DNA from: a virus
Direction: 5' to 3' (one strand)
DNA length: 64,000 nt
Virus record (IMG/VR): IMGVR_UViG_3300020048_000063
Span: 34,804 to 98,803 of that record
A program made the translations under genes and the position numbers. The notes under the pieces are model-generated. The model did not search any database. It saw only the letters and a list, made by a program, of their open reading frames with translations, and was not told where the DNA came from. Positions 10,591 through 20,628 of this stretch are shown here, in pieces (the first letter of the stretch is position 1; the number at the start of each line of letters is the position of its first letter).

Positions 10591-10626
10591 TAATCTGAAT
10601 TAAAAATTAAAACTAAAAAATAAATT

Positions 10627-11889
10627 ATGGCAGTAAAGAATGAAATTTCAAAGGGTATCAAATTTGACCCAGCTTCCAAATTCCCAAAAGGATTTGAATC
10701 TCTTTCTGATAGGGAGAGAAAATATTTCAAGATGATGAACGCAAAGAGCGGTGTTCTTTATATCACATCTGCACCTGGATATGCAAAATCAGCAATTATG
10801 AGGAATATTGCATATAAAATGGGTTATCAATATTTTGATATCCGATTATCAATGGTTGATGAAACTGACGTAGGATTGTTCCCAACTATTGACGAAGAAA
10901 TGATTGAAAACAAGAAAACCAGGATGCTATGCCACGTTGCACCTAAATGGGCTTATATGGCAAACACAGCACCTACTATTCTTCACTTTGAAGAGTTAAA
11001 CCGTTCCACACTTGCCGTTCGTAATGCCGCACTTCAGATGCTTCTTGAACGTGAAATTGGTGCATTCTTCAAATTTAATGATAATGTTATGATGTGTTCA
11101 TCAGGTAACCTTGGGGAAGAAGACGGTACTGATGTTGAAGAGTTTGACCAGGCACTTAACAACCGACTTATCCACATTGAGCACACTCTTCCTTATCCAG
11201 AATGGGTTGAACAATACGCAAATGATAATGTTTGCCCAGTTATTGTTCAGTTCTTAAAAACTCACACCGAGCACTATTACAAGAAACCTGATGAACGTAA
11301 TCAAAGGAATAAAGCTTATGCTACTCCTCGTTCTTGGACTTTCCTTTCTGATTATATTTTCAGAAACTTCGGTGAAATGGTTACCCGCCTTGACAATCAA
11401 GGAAAGGAAATGACCGATTCAAAAACTGGTGAAGTTCTTCTTTTCAAGAAATTTCCAAGCATCCGTACCTGGATTAATGATATCAAAGAAATCGGACACG
11501 GTTATGTTGGAGCATCTAATGCCCGCTTCATAAGGTATTGTGAAGATACTCTCAAGATTACTCTTGATGATGTTCTTAGCAGATTTGATGAAATTGAAGA
11601 CGATATTAAAAACTTCAACCGAGACAAGAAATCAGAACTTCTTGCCAATATGAAAGAACGTAAAATTTCACAGTTGAAGGTTAAAGAACAAGAAAACCTT
11701 GCAAGGTTCCTTTGCACAATTTCAGATGATGAAATCGTTGGTTACTTGTTACACGTACTTGATGTTGAATACACCTTGTCCGATGATACTAAGGACAATA
11801 AAGCAGCAGAAAAATTCCTTGCTGATAAGAGGTTCAACAAATTCCGTGATGCCATTATGAAACACGTTGATGATGAAGGTGATAAATAA
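10627..11889 (+). CDS. MoxR/AAA_5-like ATPase
   Basis: Walker A variant SAPGYAKS, DIRLS, Walker B variant LHFEELNR, ALNNR arginine finger, TPRSW. Confidence 0.88.
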   Translation: MAVKNEISKGIKFDPASKFPKGFESLSDRERKYFKMMNAKSGVLYITSAPGYAKSAIMRNIAYKMGYQYFDIRLSMVDETDVGLFPTIDEEMIENKKTRMLCHVAPKWAYMANTAPTILHFEELNRSTLAVRNAALQMLLEREIGAFFKFNDNVMMCSSGNLGEEDGTDVEEFDQALNNRLIHIEHTLPYPEWVEQYANDNVCPVIVQFLKTHTEHYYKKPDERNQRNKAYATPRSWTFLSDYIFRNFGEMVTRLDNQGKEMTDSKTGEVLLFKKFPSIRTWINDIKEIGHGYVGASNARFIRYCEDTLKITLDDVLSRFDEIEDDIKNFNRDKKSELLANMKERKISQLKVKEQENLARFLCTISDDEIVGYLLHVLDVEYTLSDDTKDNKAAEKFLADKRFNKFRDAIMKHVDDEGDK

Positions 11890-11898
11890 TCTTAATTG

Positions 11899-11945
11899 AT
11901 ATAAATAAAAAAAGAGGTCAAAATGACCTCTTTTTTTATTTATAT
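11899..11945. terminator. Bidirectional terminator
   Basis: Long perfect inverted repeat AATAAAAAAAGAGGTCA-aaa-TGACCTCTTTTTTTATT between convergent genes. Confidence 0.85.
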
Positions 11946-12304
11946 GATTTTTCTTCAATTATATATGAATTGTGTTTTATATTTATTTTTTTCTTAATAT
12001 TAGATCTATCATTATTACATAGATATGCACCTCTAGCAGAAAGTATAAATTCAACATCAAATTCATTTCTTTCTTCTTTTAACCTAAGTGTATCTTCAAT
12101 ATGCCATATTTTTTCATTAACTGTTTTTAATTCAAAAAAATCCTCATCTTCTTTTAAGTTTAACTCATCAAAAAGTTTTTTTAATTCATTATATTCTTTT
12201 TCAATATTTTGAAGTTTATCTGTATCTTGTATATACATTTGTTTAATTTTCAGTATAGTTATCTTATCAACTAACTCTCCTATAGAAATTGGAACTAGAA
12301 TCAT
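11936..12304 (-). CDS. DUF6165-like protein
   Basis: N-terminal PISIGELVDKITILKIK and C-terminal NNDRSNIKKKIN..S.IIEEKSY signature. Confidence 0.75.
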   Translation of the reverse strand: MILVPISIGELVDKITILKIKQMYIQDTDKLQNIEKEYNELKKLFDELNLKEDEDFFELKTVNEKIWHIEDTLRLKEERNEFDVEFILSARGAYLCNNDRSNIKKKINIKHNSYIIEEKSYK

Positions 12305-12308
12305 ATTA

Positions 12309-13481
12309 TTATCTCATTAATTTTTTTACAGCATCAACAACATCTTTTGGTTGAATAGCTTTACTACAGATATAGTCCATTTTTTTAGGACAAAATAACC
12401 AATCAGAAGCATCATATAAAATATCAGGATTATTCCAGCACCCACTACACACATTAGGATTATGAACTCTAATACAATTAGATTGAAATTCATTCCATGG
12501 TTTTGTAAATCCACTTATCATAACGACTGGCGTTCCAATCGCCCATGACAACCATGCTAAACCTGAACTTAATCCTATAAACATATCAGCATGTTTAATA
12601 TCTACAATTCTTTCTATTAAAGGATGATTACCAGTTTTATCAATTACATTTTTCATTTTTGGTGCCTGATTGAAATATCCTGTTACACCAAAACTTTTAT
12701 GTTTATCTATTACAACAACTTTATAACCATTTTTAGTTAAAAAATCAAATAATCTTTCCCACCCAAAAGGATTATTCCAGTATTTAAGTTGTGCAGTAGA
12801 TTGGATAGCAACAACTACATATTTACCTCTTATTTTAGATGGTGTATCTGGAATATTTACTTTAGGTACAATTTCAACAACAGGTAAACCGAGTATTAGT
12901 GCGGCAATTGATTGTAATGATTGCTTTCTGTAATCAAAATATTTTACACAATTATCAAACTTTAAATTTTCATTGTGCCATTGTTCTGGTGCAGAAGCAC
13001 CATTAATCCGATAAAGTTCTGGACCATAATCAATTCTAAATTTTTTATCAACATCATTAACTATATTTGGATCAGAAACTGAAGTAAAAATTAAGTTTGG
13101 ATAAACTTTATCAAATAAATAATTATGTTCAGTAAAAACAACAACTTCAACATTATTAACTTTTCTATATTCTTCAACATAGGGTATCCAAGCAAGAGTA
13201 TCACCTATAGTTTTAGAACCAAATTTTATATAAACTCTATTAAATTTTTTTGCTTGTTCTCTTTGAAATAAAACTTTATCATCTAAACTAACTCTTATTA
13301 ACATATTATTAGATGATGTCTTTAATTCAGACCAAAAATTTATTTTAATATCACTTTGATATTCTATTTCATTTGTATCTAAATCTATAAAATCTACGTG
13401 ATATAGATTAGTATCATCCGATTCACCTAAAATTTCTAAATATGCTCTATCATTATTAAATATTGTAACAAAATTAACCAT
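12309..13481 (-). CDS. TibC/Aah-family (autotransporter-type) protein O-heptosyltransferase
   Basis: IGDTLAWIPY, QSTAQLKYWNNPFGW, FIGLSSGLAWLSWAIGTPVVMISGF, and Cys iron-finger-like CSGCWN...CP...CSKAI. Confidence 0.88.
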   Translation of the reverse strand: MVNFVTIFNNDRAYLEILGESDDTNLYHVDFIDLDTNEIEYQSDIKINFWSELKTSSNNMLIRVSLDDKVLFQREQAKKFNRVYIKFGSKTIGDTLAWIPYVEEYRKVNNVEVVVFTEHNYLFDKVYPNLIFTSVSDPNIVNDVDKKFRIDYGPELYRINGASAPEQWHNENLKFDNCVKYFDYRKQSLQSIAALILGLPVVEIVPKVNIPDTPSKIRGKYVVVAIQSTAQLKYWNNPFGWERLFDFLTKNGYKVVVIDKHKSFGVTGYFNQAPKMKNVIDKTGNHPLIERIVDIKHADMFIGLSSGLAWLSWAIGTPVVMISGFTKPWNEFQSNCIRVHNPNVCSGCWNNPDILYDASDWLFCPKKMDYICSKAIQPKDVVDAVKKLMR

Positions 13482-14079
13482 GCGAATTTATTTCTTTTAA
13501 TTTTTTCAATCTTATATAAGATTGAGTTTCTTGATGCTCATAATATTTCCAAATTTCTTTTAATTGTGATTCATCTTTAATTCTATGCTCATAATCATCT
13601 TTACCAATTTCAATATCAATTACATCAACATAGAAAGTCTTAGGTGTAAAAGGTAATTTTATATCTTGTTTGCTATAAATTTTTTCATTTTTTGAATTAA
13701 ATACTGAACCTGTAAAAGAAAACCCATTTTCACTTCTCCAGACTATTGCATCTATATAATATGGGTTTCCATTAATACCACATTTAAAGACAGCGGAACA
13801 ACGATTATTTTGAAATAACTCATGATCACCCACGTCAGCACAACTATTCCATTCATCTTCTGTACACATAATAGGTGCTAATGGTTCATGATTTGCTAGT
13901 TTTTCAAAATAATGAATAGCAAATGGTGCTGAACTACCAGAATGACCTTGTTTTGAAAATACTTCTAATAATTCCAATACAGATTCTTGTATCCATTTAT
14001 CTATATCATCTTCACATTCTTCAATTGGTTTATATCCTAATTTCTGAAATTCTCTTTTAGCATGTTCTAAATAACTCAT
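13474..14079 (-). CDS. Hypothetical phage protein
   Basis: 201 aa; contains QGHSGSSA; C-terminal IRLKKLKEI motif. Confidence 0.75.
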   Translation of the reverse strand: MSYLEHAKREFQKLGYKPIEECEDDIDKWIQESVLELLEVFSKQGHSGSSAPFAIHYFEKLANHEPLAPIMCTEDEWNSCADVGDHELFQNNRCSAVFKCGINGNPYYIDAIVWRSENGFSFTGSVFNSKNEKIYSKQDIKLPFTPKTFYVDVIDIEIGKDDYEHRIKDESQLKEIWKYYEHQETQSYIRLKKLKEINSHG

Positions 14080-14091
14080 ATCAACACTATT

Positions 14092-16650
14092 TTATTCACA
14101 TTTAGACCAACCACAAACTTTACAGGTTTTACAACCAGAATCATAAACTAAATCATGACCTGTCGCACCACATTCTGGACAATGCTCACCAGCAACACTT
14201 GAGTTAATATATTTTTTTATAATCCTTTTTACACCTGATTTCCAAGTACCAAAAGCTAACTCTTTATCACCATCCATTTGTAATCCATCAATTACATTAA
14301 TTACACTTGGTAAATGCATTCTATGTCTTAATAGTGCTGATACTAATTTACTATAATTCCAGAACTCACGATCAAATGCTCTATTTAATCCCTCCATTGT
14401 TACATTGTAACCATCTTTATCTTTATAACAAAAGTCATATCTACTTTTAACACCGTCATCCTTGGTTCTTAATATTTCACCCTTTTCTATACTTGGTGGT
14501 ACAAAGAATAAGTCTGCTAAACCTGTAAATAATTCGTAAGGATATTTTTCACCTTTCTCATCAGTCATTAATCCTAAAAATCCAATCCATTTTTCACCTT
14601 TATTTGTAAATCTAACAACTTCACATTCTAATCTTTTAGGTCTTGGTTTTGCATTATTTTCTTGTGATTCTGGTATAACATTTTGTGTTGTACCTTCATT
14701 TGACATAATAACACCTTGTCTTGAACCATCTCTATAAACTGTTATTCCTTTACAGCCTTCTTTCCAACCTGTTTCATAAACCTTTGAAACTATATCTTCT
14801 GTAACATTATTTGGTAAATTTACTGTTACTGATATTGAATGATCAACAAATTTTTGAATACTACCTTGCATTTTAACCTTTTCAACCCAATCAACATCAT
14901 TGGATGTTGCTTTATAATATGGTGATTTTTTTATAATCTCTTGTAATTCAGAATCCTTCATTGATTTAACTGCGATTATATCATATTTATTGACTTCTAA
15001 CCAAGTTTCAAACTTATGATGAAAGACATTATATTCTTCCCATTTTACACCTTCAGCATCAATAAAATCAACTTTTCCACTACCACCTTTATCAGTTGGA
15101 TTAATTTTTCTTCTTCTTTTATAAGAGACTAAATATACTGGTTCTATTCCTGATGTAGTTTGTGTCATTATAGATACAGAACCTGTTGGAGCGATAGTAA
15201 GTAATGCAATATTTCTTCTACCATAATTTTTTAAGTTAAAATCTAAATTAGAATCAAGACTTTTTAATCTTTGTATAAAAGGATTATTAATTTCACTATT
15301 ATAATCATAAATTGGAAATGCACCTCTTTCTTTTGCCATAATTGTTGATGACATATAAGCACCAAGTGCCAAATTTTGATGAACCTCTGTTGAAAATGCT
15401 GTTGCTTCTTTTGTACCATAAATCAAACCAAGAGCCGCTAACATATCACCTTCAGCTGTAACACCTAAACCTGTTCTACGACCTTTTTTAGTCATATCCA
15501 TAATCTTAATCCAAGTTTCTCTTTCAACTCTTTTAGTAAATTCCGTTTCAGGATCTGTATCAATCTTTTCCATAATCTTATCAATCTTTTCAATTTCAAG
15601 ATCAATAATATCATCCATAAATCTTTCAGCATAAATTACATATTCTTTAAATTTCTCCATATTAAATTTAGCATCTTTAGTAAATGGATTTTCAACAAAA
15701 CTATAAAGATTAATTGCAAGTAAACGACAAGAATCATAAGGACATAAAGTTATTTCGCCACAAGGATTCGTTGATACTGTAGTAAAACCATGCTGTTGAT
15801 AACAATCAGGTACAGATTCTTTCATAATTGTGTCCCAAAATAAAACGCCTGGTTCTGCTGATTTCCAAGCATTGTGAATAATTTTTTTCCATAGTTTTTG
15901 AGCATCAATTTCTTTACAATGAATTGGTATCTCAGAATCAATAGGATAACATTGTTTATACATATTAGCATTCATTGCCGCCTGCATAAATTCATCAGTA
16001 ACTTTAATTGAGATATTAGCACCTGTAACTTTACCTTGTTCTAATTTTGCATCTATAAAACTTTCGGAATCTGGATGTTTAATTGAAACTGTTAGCATTA
16101 ATGCACCTCTACGACCACCCTGAGCAACCTCATTTGTAGAATTTGAATATCTGTTCATAAATGGTACTATTCCAGTTGATGTTAGTGCGGAATTTTTTAC
16201 TGGTGTTCCTGCTGGACGTATATGTGATAAATCATGACCAACACCACCTCTGCGTTTCATAAGTTGAATTTGTTCTTCATCAACTTGCATAATGGAGCCA
16301 TATGAATCAGCAGGATTACCAATAACAAAACAGTTTGATAATGATACTACTTGTTTATCATTACCTATTCCTGACATTGGTGAGCCTTGTGGAATAATAT
16401 ATTCAAAGTTTTTTATCAAATCAAATATGAAATCTTCGGATAATGGATTTTCATATTTAGCTTCTATCCGGTGTAATTCTTTTGCCAGTCTCCTATGCAT
16501 ATCATCTGGTGTTTTTTCGTAGTATATCGTTTCACCGTCCTTTGTATCTTTTAATGCGTATTTATTAACCCAAACATCAGCAGCCAATGTATCTCCTTTA
16601 AAATATTTTAATGTAGCCTCATAAACTTCATCTCTTTTTAAAAAATTCAT
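14092..16650 (-). CDS. nrdJ: Class II (adenosylcobalamin-dependent) ribonucleotide reductase
   Basis: SLSNCFV, TNPCGEITL, TIAPTGS, KGITVYRDGSR, and a C-terminal Zn-type Cys cluster. Confidence 0.93.
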   Translation of the reverse strand: MNFLKRDEVYEATLKYFKGDTLAADVWVNKYALKDTKDGETIYYEKTPDDMHRRLAKELHRIEAKYENPLSEDFIFDLIKNFEYIIPQGSPMSGIGNDKQVVSLSNCFVIGNPADSYGSIMQVDEEQIQLMKRRGGVGHDLSHIRPAGTPVKNSALTSTGIVPFMNRYSNSTNEVAQGGRRGALMLTVSIKHPDSESFIDAKLEQGKVTGANISIKVTDEFMQAAMNANMYKQCYPIDSEIPIHCKEIDAQKLWKKIIHNAWKSAEPGVLFWDTIMKESVPDCYQQHGFTTVSTNPCGEITLCPYDSCRLLAINLYSFVENPFTKDAKFNMEKFKEYVIYAERFMDDIIDLEIEKIDKIMEKIDTDPETEFTKRVERETWIKIMDMTKKGRRTGLGVTAEGDMLAALGLIYGTKEATAFSTEVHQNLALGAYMSSTIMAKERGAFPIYDYNSEINNPFIQRLKSLDSNLDFNLKNYGRRNIALLTIAPTGSVSIMTQTTSGIEPVYLVSYKRRRKINPTDKGGSGKVDFIDAEGVKWEEYNVFHHKFETWLEVNKYDIIAVKSMKDSELQEIIKKSPYYKATSNDVDWVEKVKMQGSIQKFVDHSISVTVNLPNNVTEDIVSKVYETGWKEGCKGITVYRDGSRQGVIMSNEGTTQNVIPESQENNAKPRPKRLECEVVRFTNKGEKWIGFLGLMTDEKGEKYPYELFTGLADLFFVPPSIEKGEILRTKDDGVKSRYDFCYKDKDGYNVTMEGLNRAFDREFWNYSKLVSALLRHRMHLPSVINVIDGLQMDGDKELAFGTWKSGVKRIIKKYINSSVAGEHCPECGATGHDLVYDSGCKTCKVCGWSKCE

Positions 16651-16668
16651 GTTATTTTTAATTATTTT

Positions 16669-17343
16669 TTATATAAAATTGATATTGTTTAAGTTATTCA
16701 AATAACCACTTTCTTTCAATTCTATTATTATTTGTGTTGCATATTCCTTGTCTAACAGTTTAAACATGTTAAACATATTATCAGTGAAATAATATGCAAG
16801 TTCAACAAAAATTTCTGATTTTGTATATTCTTTACCTATATTATCTAAAAGCATTTTATAATAATCATTAAATGCTTGTCTATTAGGTTTTCTTCTATTA
16901 GAGGTAAAATCTAGTTCAGTCTTTTCACTTAATAGTCTATAAACATCTCTTGAAAGATTAAGTTTACTAATATAATCTTCATTGTGTTTACTTTCATACT
17001 CATAATTAGTTCCTACTTCAATTGGTAAGCCATCATTAATATTAATTTCATCTTGTATATTAAAATATTCATCTGCTTGATCTGAAGCTTCCTCTATTTT
17101 ACCTTTAAATATTGTATCTCTTTTTAATGAGTGTTTTCCTTCAAGTTTATGATTATTAGTATTAAACCTAAACATAATGTCAACATCATCTAACTCTTCC
17201 TCTTCAACTTCAGTAATCGTAGTTTCTAAATCTTCAACATCTAAACTTCCATCTTCAAGTATATCCAAATCATCTAAGTTGTCCAAGTTATCCAAACCAT
17301 CTTCTAAATTATCGTCTAAATTATCAAATTCATCTTGCTTCAT
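16669..17343 (-). CDS. Hypothetical protein with highly acidic N-terminus
   Basis: 224 aa, inside the replication operon. Confidence 0.75.
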   Translation of the reverse strand: MKQDEFDNLDDNLEDGLDNLDNLDDLDILEDGSLDVEDLETTITEVEEEELDDVDIMFRFNTNNHKLEGKHSLKRDTIFKGKIEEASDQADEYFNIQDEININDGLPIEVGTNYEYESKHNEDYISKLNLSRDVYRLLSEKTELDFTSNRRKPNRQAFNDYYKMLLDNIGKEYTKSEIFVELAYYFTDNMFNMFKLLDKEYATQIIIELKESGYLNNLNNINFI

Positions 17344-17366
17344 TATATAATATTATTTTTAAGATA

Positions 17367-18707
17367 TTATTTAACTCCAACCAAAACGTCATTCTCCATA
17401 GTTAAAAATTTAGTATTAAAATCAAATCTTACTTGTTCTTCGTGATGTTCTCCATCTCTTAATTTTAATATTTTTAATCTATAGATATTATTACGTTTCA
17501 TTTCTGGGTTACGAATAATACCCCAAACAGAATCTGCTGTATCAGCAATTGCCTTACTTTCAGGAATATCACCTAGTTTAATATCAGATGCTCCCCAAAC
17601 AGCTTTATCTGTTTGTGTTGCAGTTACTACTGCACATTCATATTTATCTGCAATCCTTCTTAAGCCTTCTGCTAAATGTTTTCCTTTTAAGTAAAGCATA
17701 TTAGTAATTTCATATCCTTTTTCAATACTCATAATATTTATATAATCTACAATCACCATTCCTACTTTAAGCCTTTTAACTTCTTCAAATTTTTTAATAT
17801 AGTTATCTATATCAGTAACAGTACAATCACTTGTATTATATTTTTTAACAAATATTTTTCCTGGTTGAGAATCAAATAAATTTCCAACAGTTGATTGTGA
17901 CTTTAAATTATTTATTCTTTGCTTCATAAAAACAGAATCTTTTGACTTTTCATCATATTCATCCGAATTTATTTTAAGTCTCATTGATCCTAATCTTTTC
18001 ATTACTTTTCTGGTTGCCATTTCTAATGTTATAACTAACACATTGGCACCATTATTTGCAGCGTTTGTTGCAATATTATGTAACCACATTGATTTACCAA
18101 CATTGGTTTCTCCCATAATTACATTTAATGTGGATTTACTCCATCCACCATTTAAAATAGAATCTATTGAAGACCATCCAGTTGGAATACTATTTTTACT
18201 TATTTGTTGTTTATGTGATTCTGGATCATCAAAATCTTCTCCTAAATCTTGATCATCATCATCAACTAAAAGTACATTACCAAACATACCTTTCAATCTT
18301 TGTGCAATATCTACAATATTATCATAATTCACTTCTTCAATTCCTCGCACCATGTCAATACCTTTTAACATATCACCTTTTAGTTGGTTTTGAATTTTCC
18401 AACCTTTAAATCTCGGTACTAACCACTCCGCACTTATATCACTATTATCAGATTGTAATAATAATTTAATTACTTTATCATTTATTTTATTATCTTGGTC
18501 AGCTAATTTGACCATTGAATAAATTTGCTGTGTACTTGGAACTGAATGACTTTCACTTTTTATATATTCTTCTCTTATTATAGAGTACACAAATTGTATA
18601 TCAGAATTTTTAAAAAAGAAAGGTTCTACTTTGGAAAATTGATCAGGATTATCCATTATATAGATAAAGTAATGTTTTTCCATGTTTGTATTCATCGTTT
18701 CAGCCAT
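17367..18707 (-). CDS. Replicative DNA helicase (DnaB/T4 gp41-like)
   Basis: GETNVGKS, ITLEM, VIVDYINIM, TATQT. Confidence 0.92.
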   Translation of the reverse strand: MAETMNTNMEKHYFIYIMDNPDQFSKVEPFFFKNSDIQFVYSIIREEYIKSESHSVPSTQQIYSMVKLADQDNKINDKVIKLLLQSDNSDISAEWLVPRFKGWKIQNQLKGDMLKGIDMVRGIEEVNYDNIVDIAQRLKGMFGNVLLVDDDDQDLGEDFDDPESHKQQISKNSIPTGWSSIDSILNGGWSKSTLNVIMGETNVGKSMWLHNIATNAANNGANVLVITLEMATRKVMKRLGSMRLKINSDEYDEKSKDSVFMKQRINNLKSQSTVGNLFDSQPGKIFVKKYNTSDCTVTDIDNYIKKFEEVKRLKVGMVIVDYINIMSIEKGYEITNMLYLKGKHLAEGLRRIADKYECAVVTATQTDKAVWGASDIKLGDIPESKAIADTADSVWGIIRNPEMKRNNIYRLKILKLRDGEHHEEQVRFDFNTKFLTMENDVLVGVK

Positions 18708-18753
18708 AAGTCTTTATTTTAGTTGTTTTTTAAAAAAAGTTTATTGAATTTGA

Positions 18754-20019
18754 TTATTCAAAAAGATTTTTATCATCATCAAGATTAAACTCATCAGATG
18801 ATAGCATATCTTTATCTTCAATCTCATTCAATCTTTCATCAACATCTTCTAATTCCTTAAGACATTCATCATAAGTTGGATATTTAAAATAATCATAGAT
18901 TATTGGCTCCATAGCTTTTAAAACTTCAGGTGTAAAAACTTTTCTATTAAAAAGTTGTTTTTCTGCTAATGTTTTATCTAAATGTTTTACAAACCAACGA
19001 TTTGATGGTTGATATGTAACTTCACCAGTATCTTTATCAATAACTTTTTTTACTTGTGCAACACCAACTTTATCAAAGTTTTCGTATGTACAAAATAAAT
19101 CTAACCCCTTATAAGGATTTATACCTTTACTATAATCAATTTCAAATTTAACTTTTTTAGGTTTAGCCAATCTATTTTTTGCAGATTTAGCTGTAATAAT
19201 TGATCCTGACCTACCAAGATCCATTTCATCTTCTTCACCAGTTTTTAATTTTGCATCACTTAAAAGCAAAATAACACTAGCAGCGTAATATAATCCTTCA
19301 CCGCCACTCATAATAGTTTGTGGAAACATATCCTGAGTTAAATAAACGTGATTAGTACAAACTAACGGAATATTTAAATATCCGAGATCATTTGTAATAA
19401 GTCTAACAAGAGATTTAATTTGTTTTGCTCTTGTCATATCTTGTTTAATATTTAATTTAAGAGTATCTTCTTTTTCTTTTTCACTTGATAACATACCAAT
19501 TGAATCAAGAAAAAATATAGTTTTAGATACATCCATACCACTATCTCTAAGTTTCTGTAACCCATCTAATATTGTCATCATGAACATTTTTATTTTTTCA
19601 ACAATATTAGTTCTAATTAACATAAATTTATTTGGATCCATAGTATCAATTCCATACATATCAAAATCAGATTTTTCAATTGAATATTCTGTATCTATCC
19701 AAACAATATTATATCCCATTTTTTGGGCATTCCTTGCAATATTCAAGGAAATAAAAGATTTACCTGTTTGTTTTGGTCCTGCAATAATTGTTATCTTATT
19801 ATTCGGAATACCTCCTTTTAATATGCTTTTTGAAAGTAGTGCATCTAAAGCATGAATTCCAGTAGAAATAAATGTTTTTTCTTTTTCAAAATCTTCAATT
19901 GAAATAATTTCTTTTTTTGAGATATTATCAATTAAACTAGATATTTTAGAAAAATCAAATTCATTAGTTTTCTTTGTGGTTACTACCTTAGCCGATGTTG
20001 GTTTGAGTGTTTTTGCCAT
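18754..20019 (-). CDS. uvsX: UvsX/RecA-like recombinase
   Basis: ISTG..ALD, GPKQTGKS, IDTE, FLDSIGML, TNHVY, MSGGEGLYYAAS, KNR. Confidence 0.9.
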   Translation of the reverse strand: MAKTLKPTSAKVVTTKKTNEFDFSKISSLIDNISKKEIISIEDFEKEKTFISTGIHALDALLSKSILKGGIPNNKITIIAGPKQTGKSFISLNIARNAQKMGYNIVWIDTEYSIEKSDFDMYGIDTMDPNKFMLIRTNIVEKIKMFMMTILDGLQKLRDSGMDVSKTIFFLDSIGMLSSEKEKEDTLKLNIKQDMTRAKQIKSLVRLITNDLGYLNIPLVCTNHVYLTQDMFPQTIMSGGEGLYYAASVILLLSDAKLKTGEEDEMDLGRSGSIITAKSAKNRLAKPKKVKFEIDYSKGINPYKGLDLFCTYENFDKVGVAQVKKVIDKDTGEVTYQPSNRWFVKHLDKTLAEKQLFNRKVFTPEVLKAMEPIIYDYFKYPTYDECLKELEDVDERLNEIEDKDMLSSDEFNLDDDKNLFE

Positions 20020-20182
20020 TATATTAAAATTATTTTTTATTTAGACTTATTATAAATTATTATACTTGAAAGATACATAAAAGTTTAAAATATATGTTTA
20101 TTGTAAACATATGTAAATAATAACATCTTTTTTAAAATGAACTCTAATTCTAAAATATATAACATAAATATAATCTCAATTT

Positions 20183-20581
20183 ATGGACTTCTATGTAGTA
20201 TTTGTTAAAAACAGGAAAAAACTTGATAAGTATATAAAAATCAACAAGATAAGAAATAAAACAATAATAGATATCAAACAACAATTAGAAGATCATGGAT
20301 TGGAAGATGATACTGAATGGAGGGAATACTTCAACCTAATCATATACACCAAGATAATTCAAACAATTAGAAAAAATAAAGATGTTTATTATATTCCGAA
20401 CTTAAATAAGATAAATTTATTGGAAATTGACGATATTTTTCAAATGAAAGAAAATTTATCAGGTGTAAATTTTAATTTACTATTCTTTTTTGAAGATTTT
20501 AAAGATAATCAAAAACTTTATGAAAATCTTTTATCCAGCATTTCTTTATTTGATGCAATACAAATAATTAGAGATTATTAA
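20183..20581 (+). CDS. Hypothetical protein
   Basis: 132 aa ORF. Confidence 0.7.
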   Translation: MDFYVVFVKNRKKLDKYIKINKIRNKTIIDIKQQLEDHGLEDDTEWREYFNLIIYTKIIQTIRKNKDVYYIPNLNKINLLEIDDIFQMKENLSGVNFNLLFFFEDFKDNQKLYENLLSSISLFDAIQIIRDY

Positions 20582-20628
20582 TTCAGAGAAATTATTTTTT
20601 TATATATAAAGAAAATTATATAAAACTA

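Noticed and set aside
16669-17343. T4 gp33-like late coactivator
   Set aside because: Only a vague helical resemblance; cannot be supported without a profile search.
14092-20019. Inteins or introns in nrdJ, helicase or uvsX
   Set aside because: Lengths are normal, motifs are contiguous, and no splice motifs were seen.
20183-20581. Degenerate P-loop kinase
   Set aside because: No Walker A motif; resemblance too weak.
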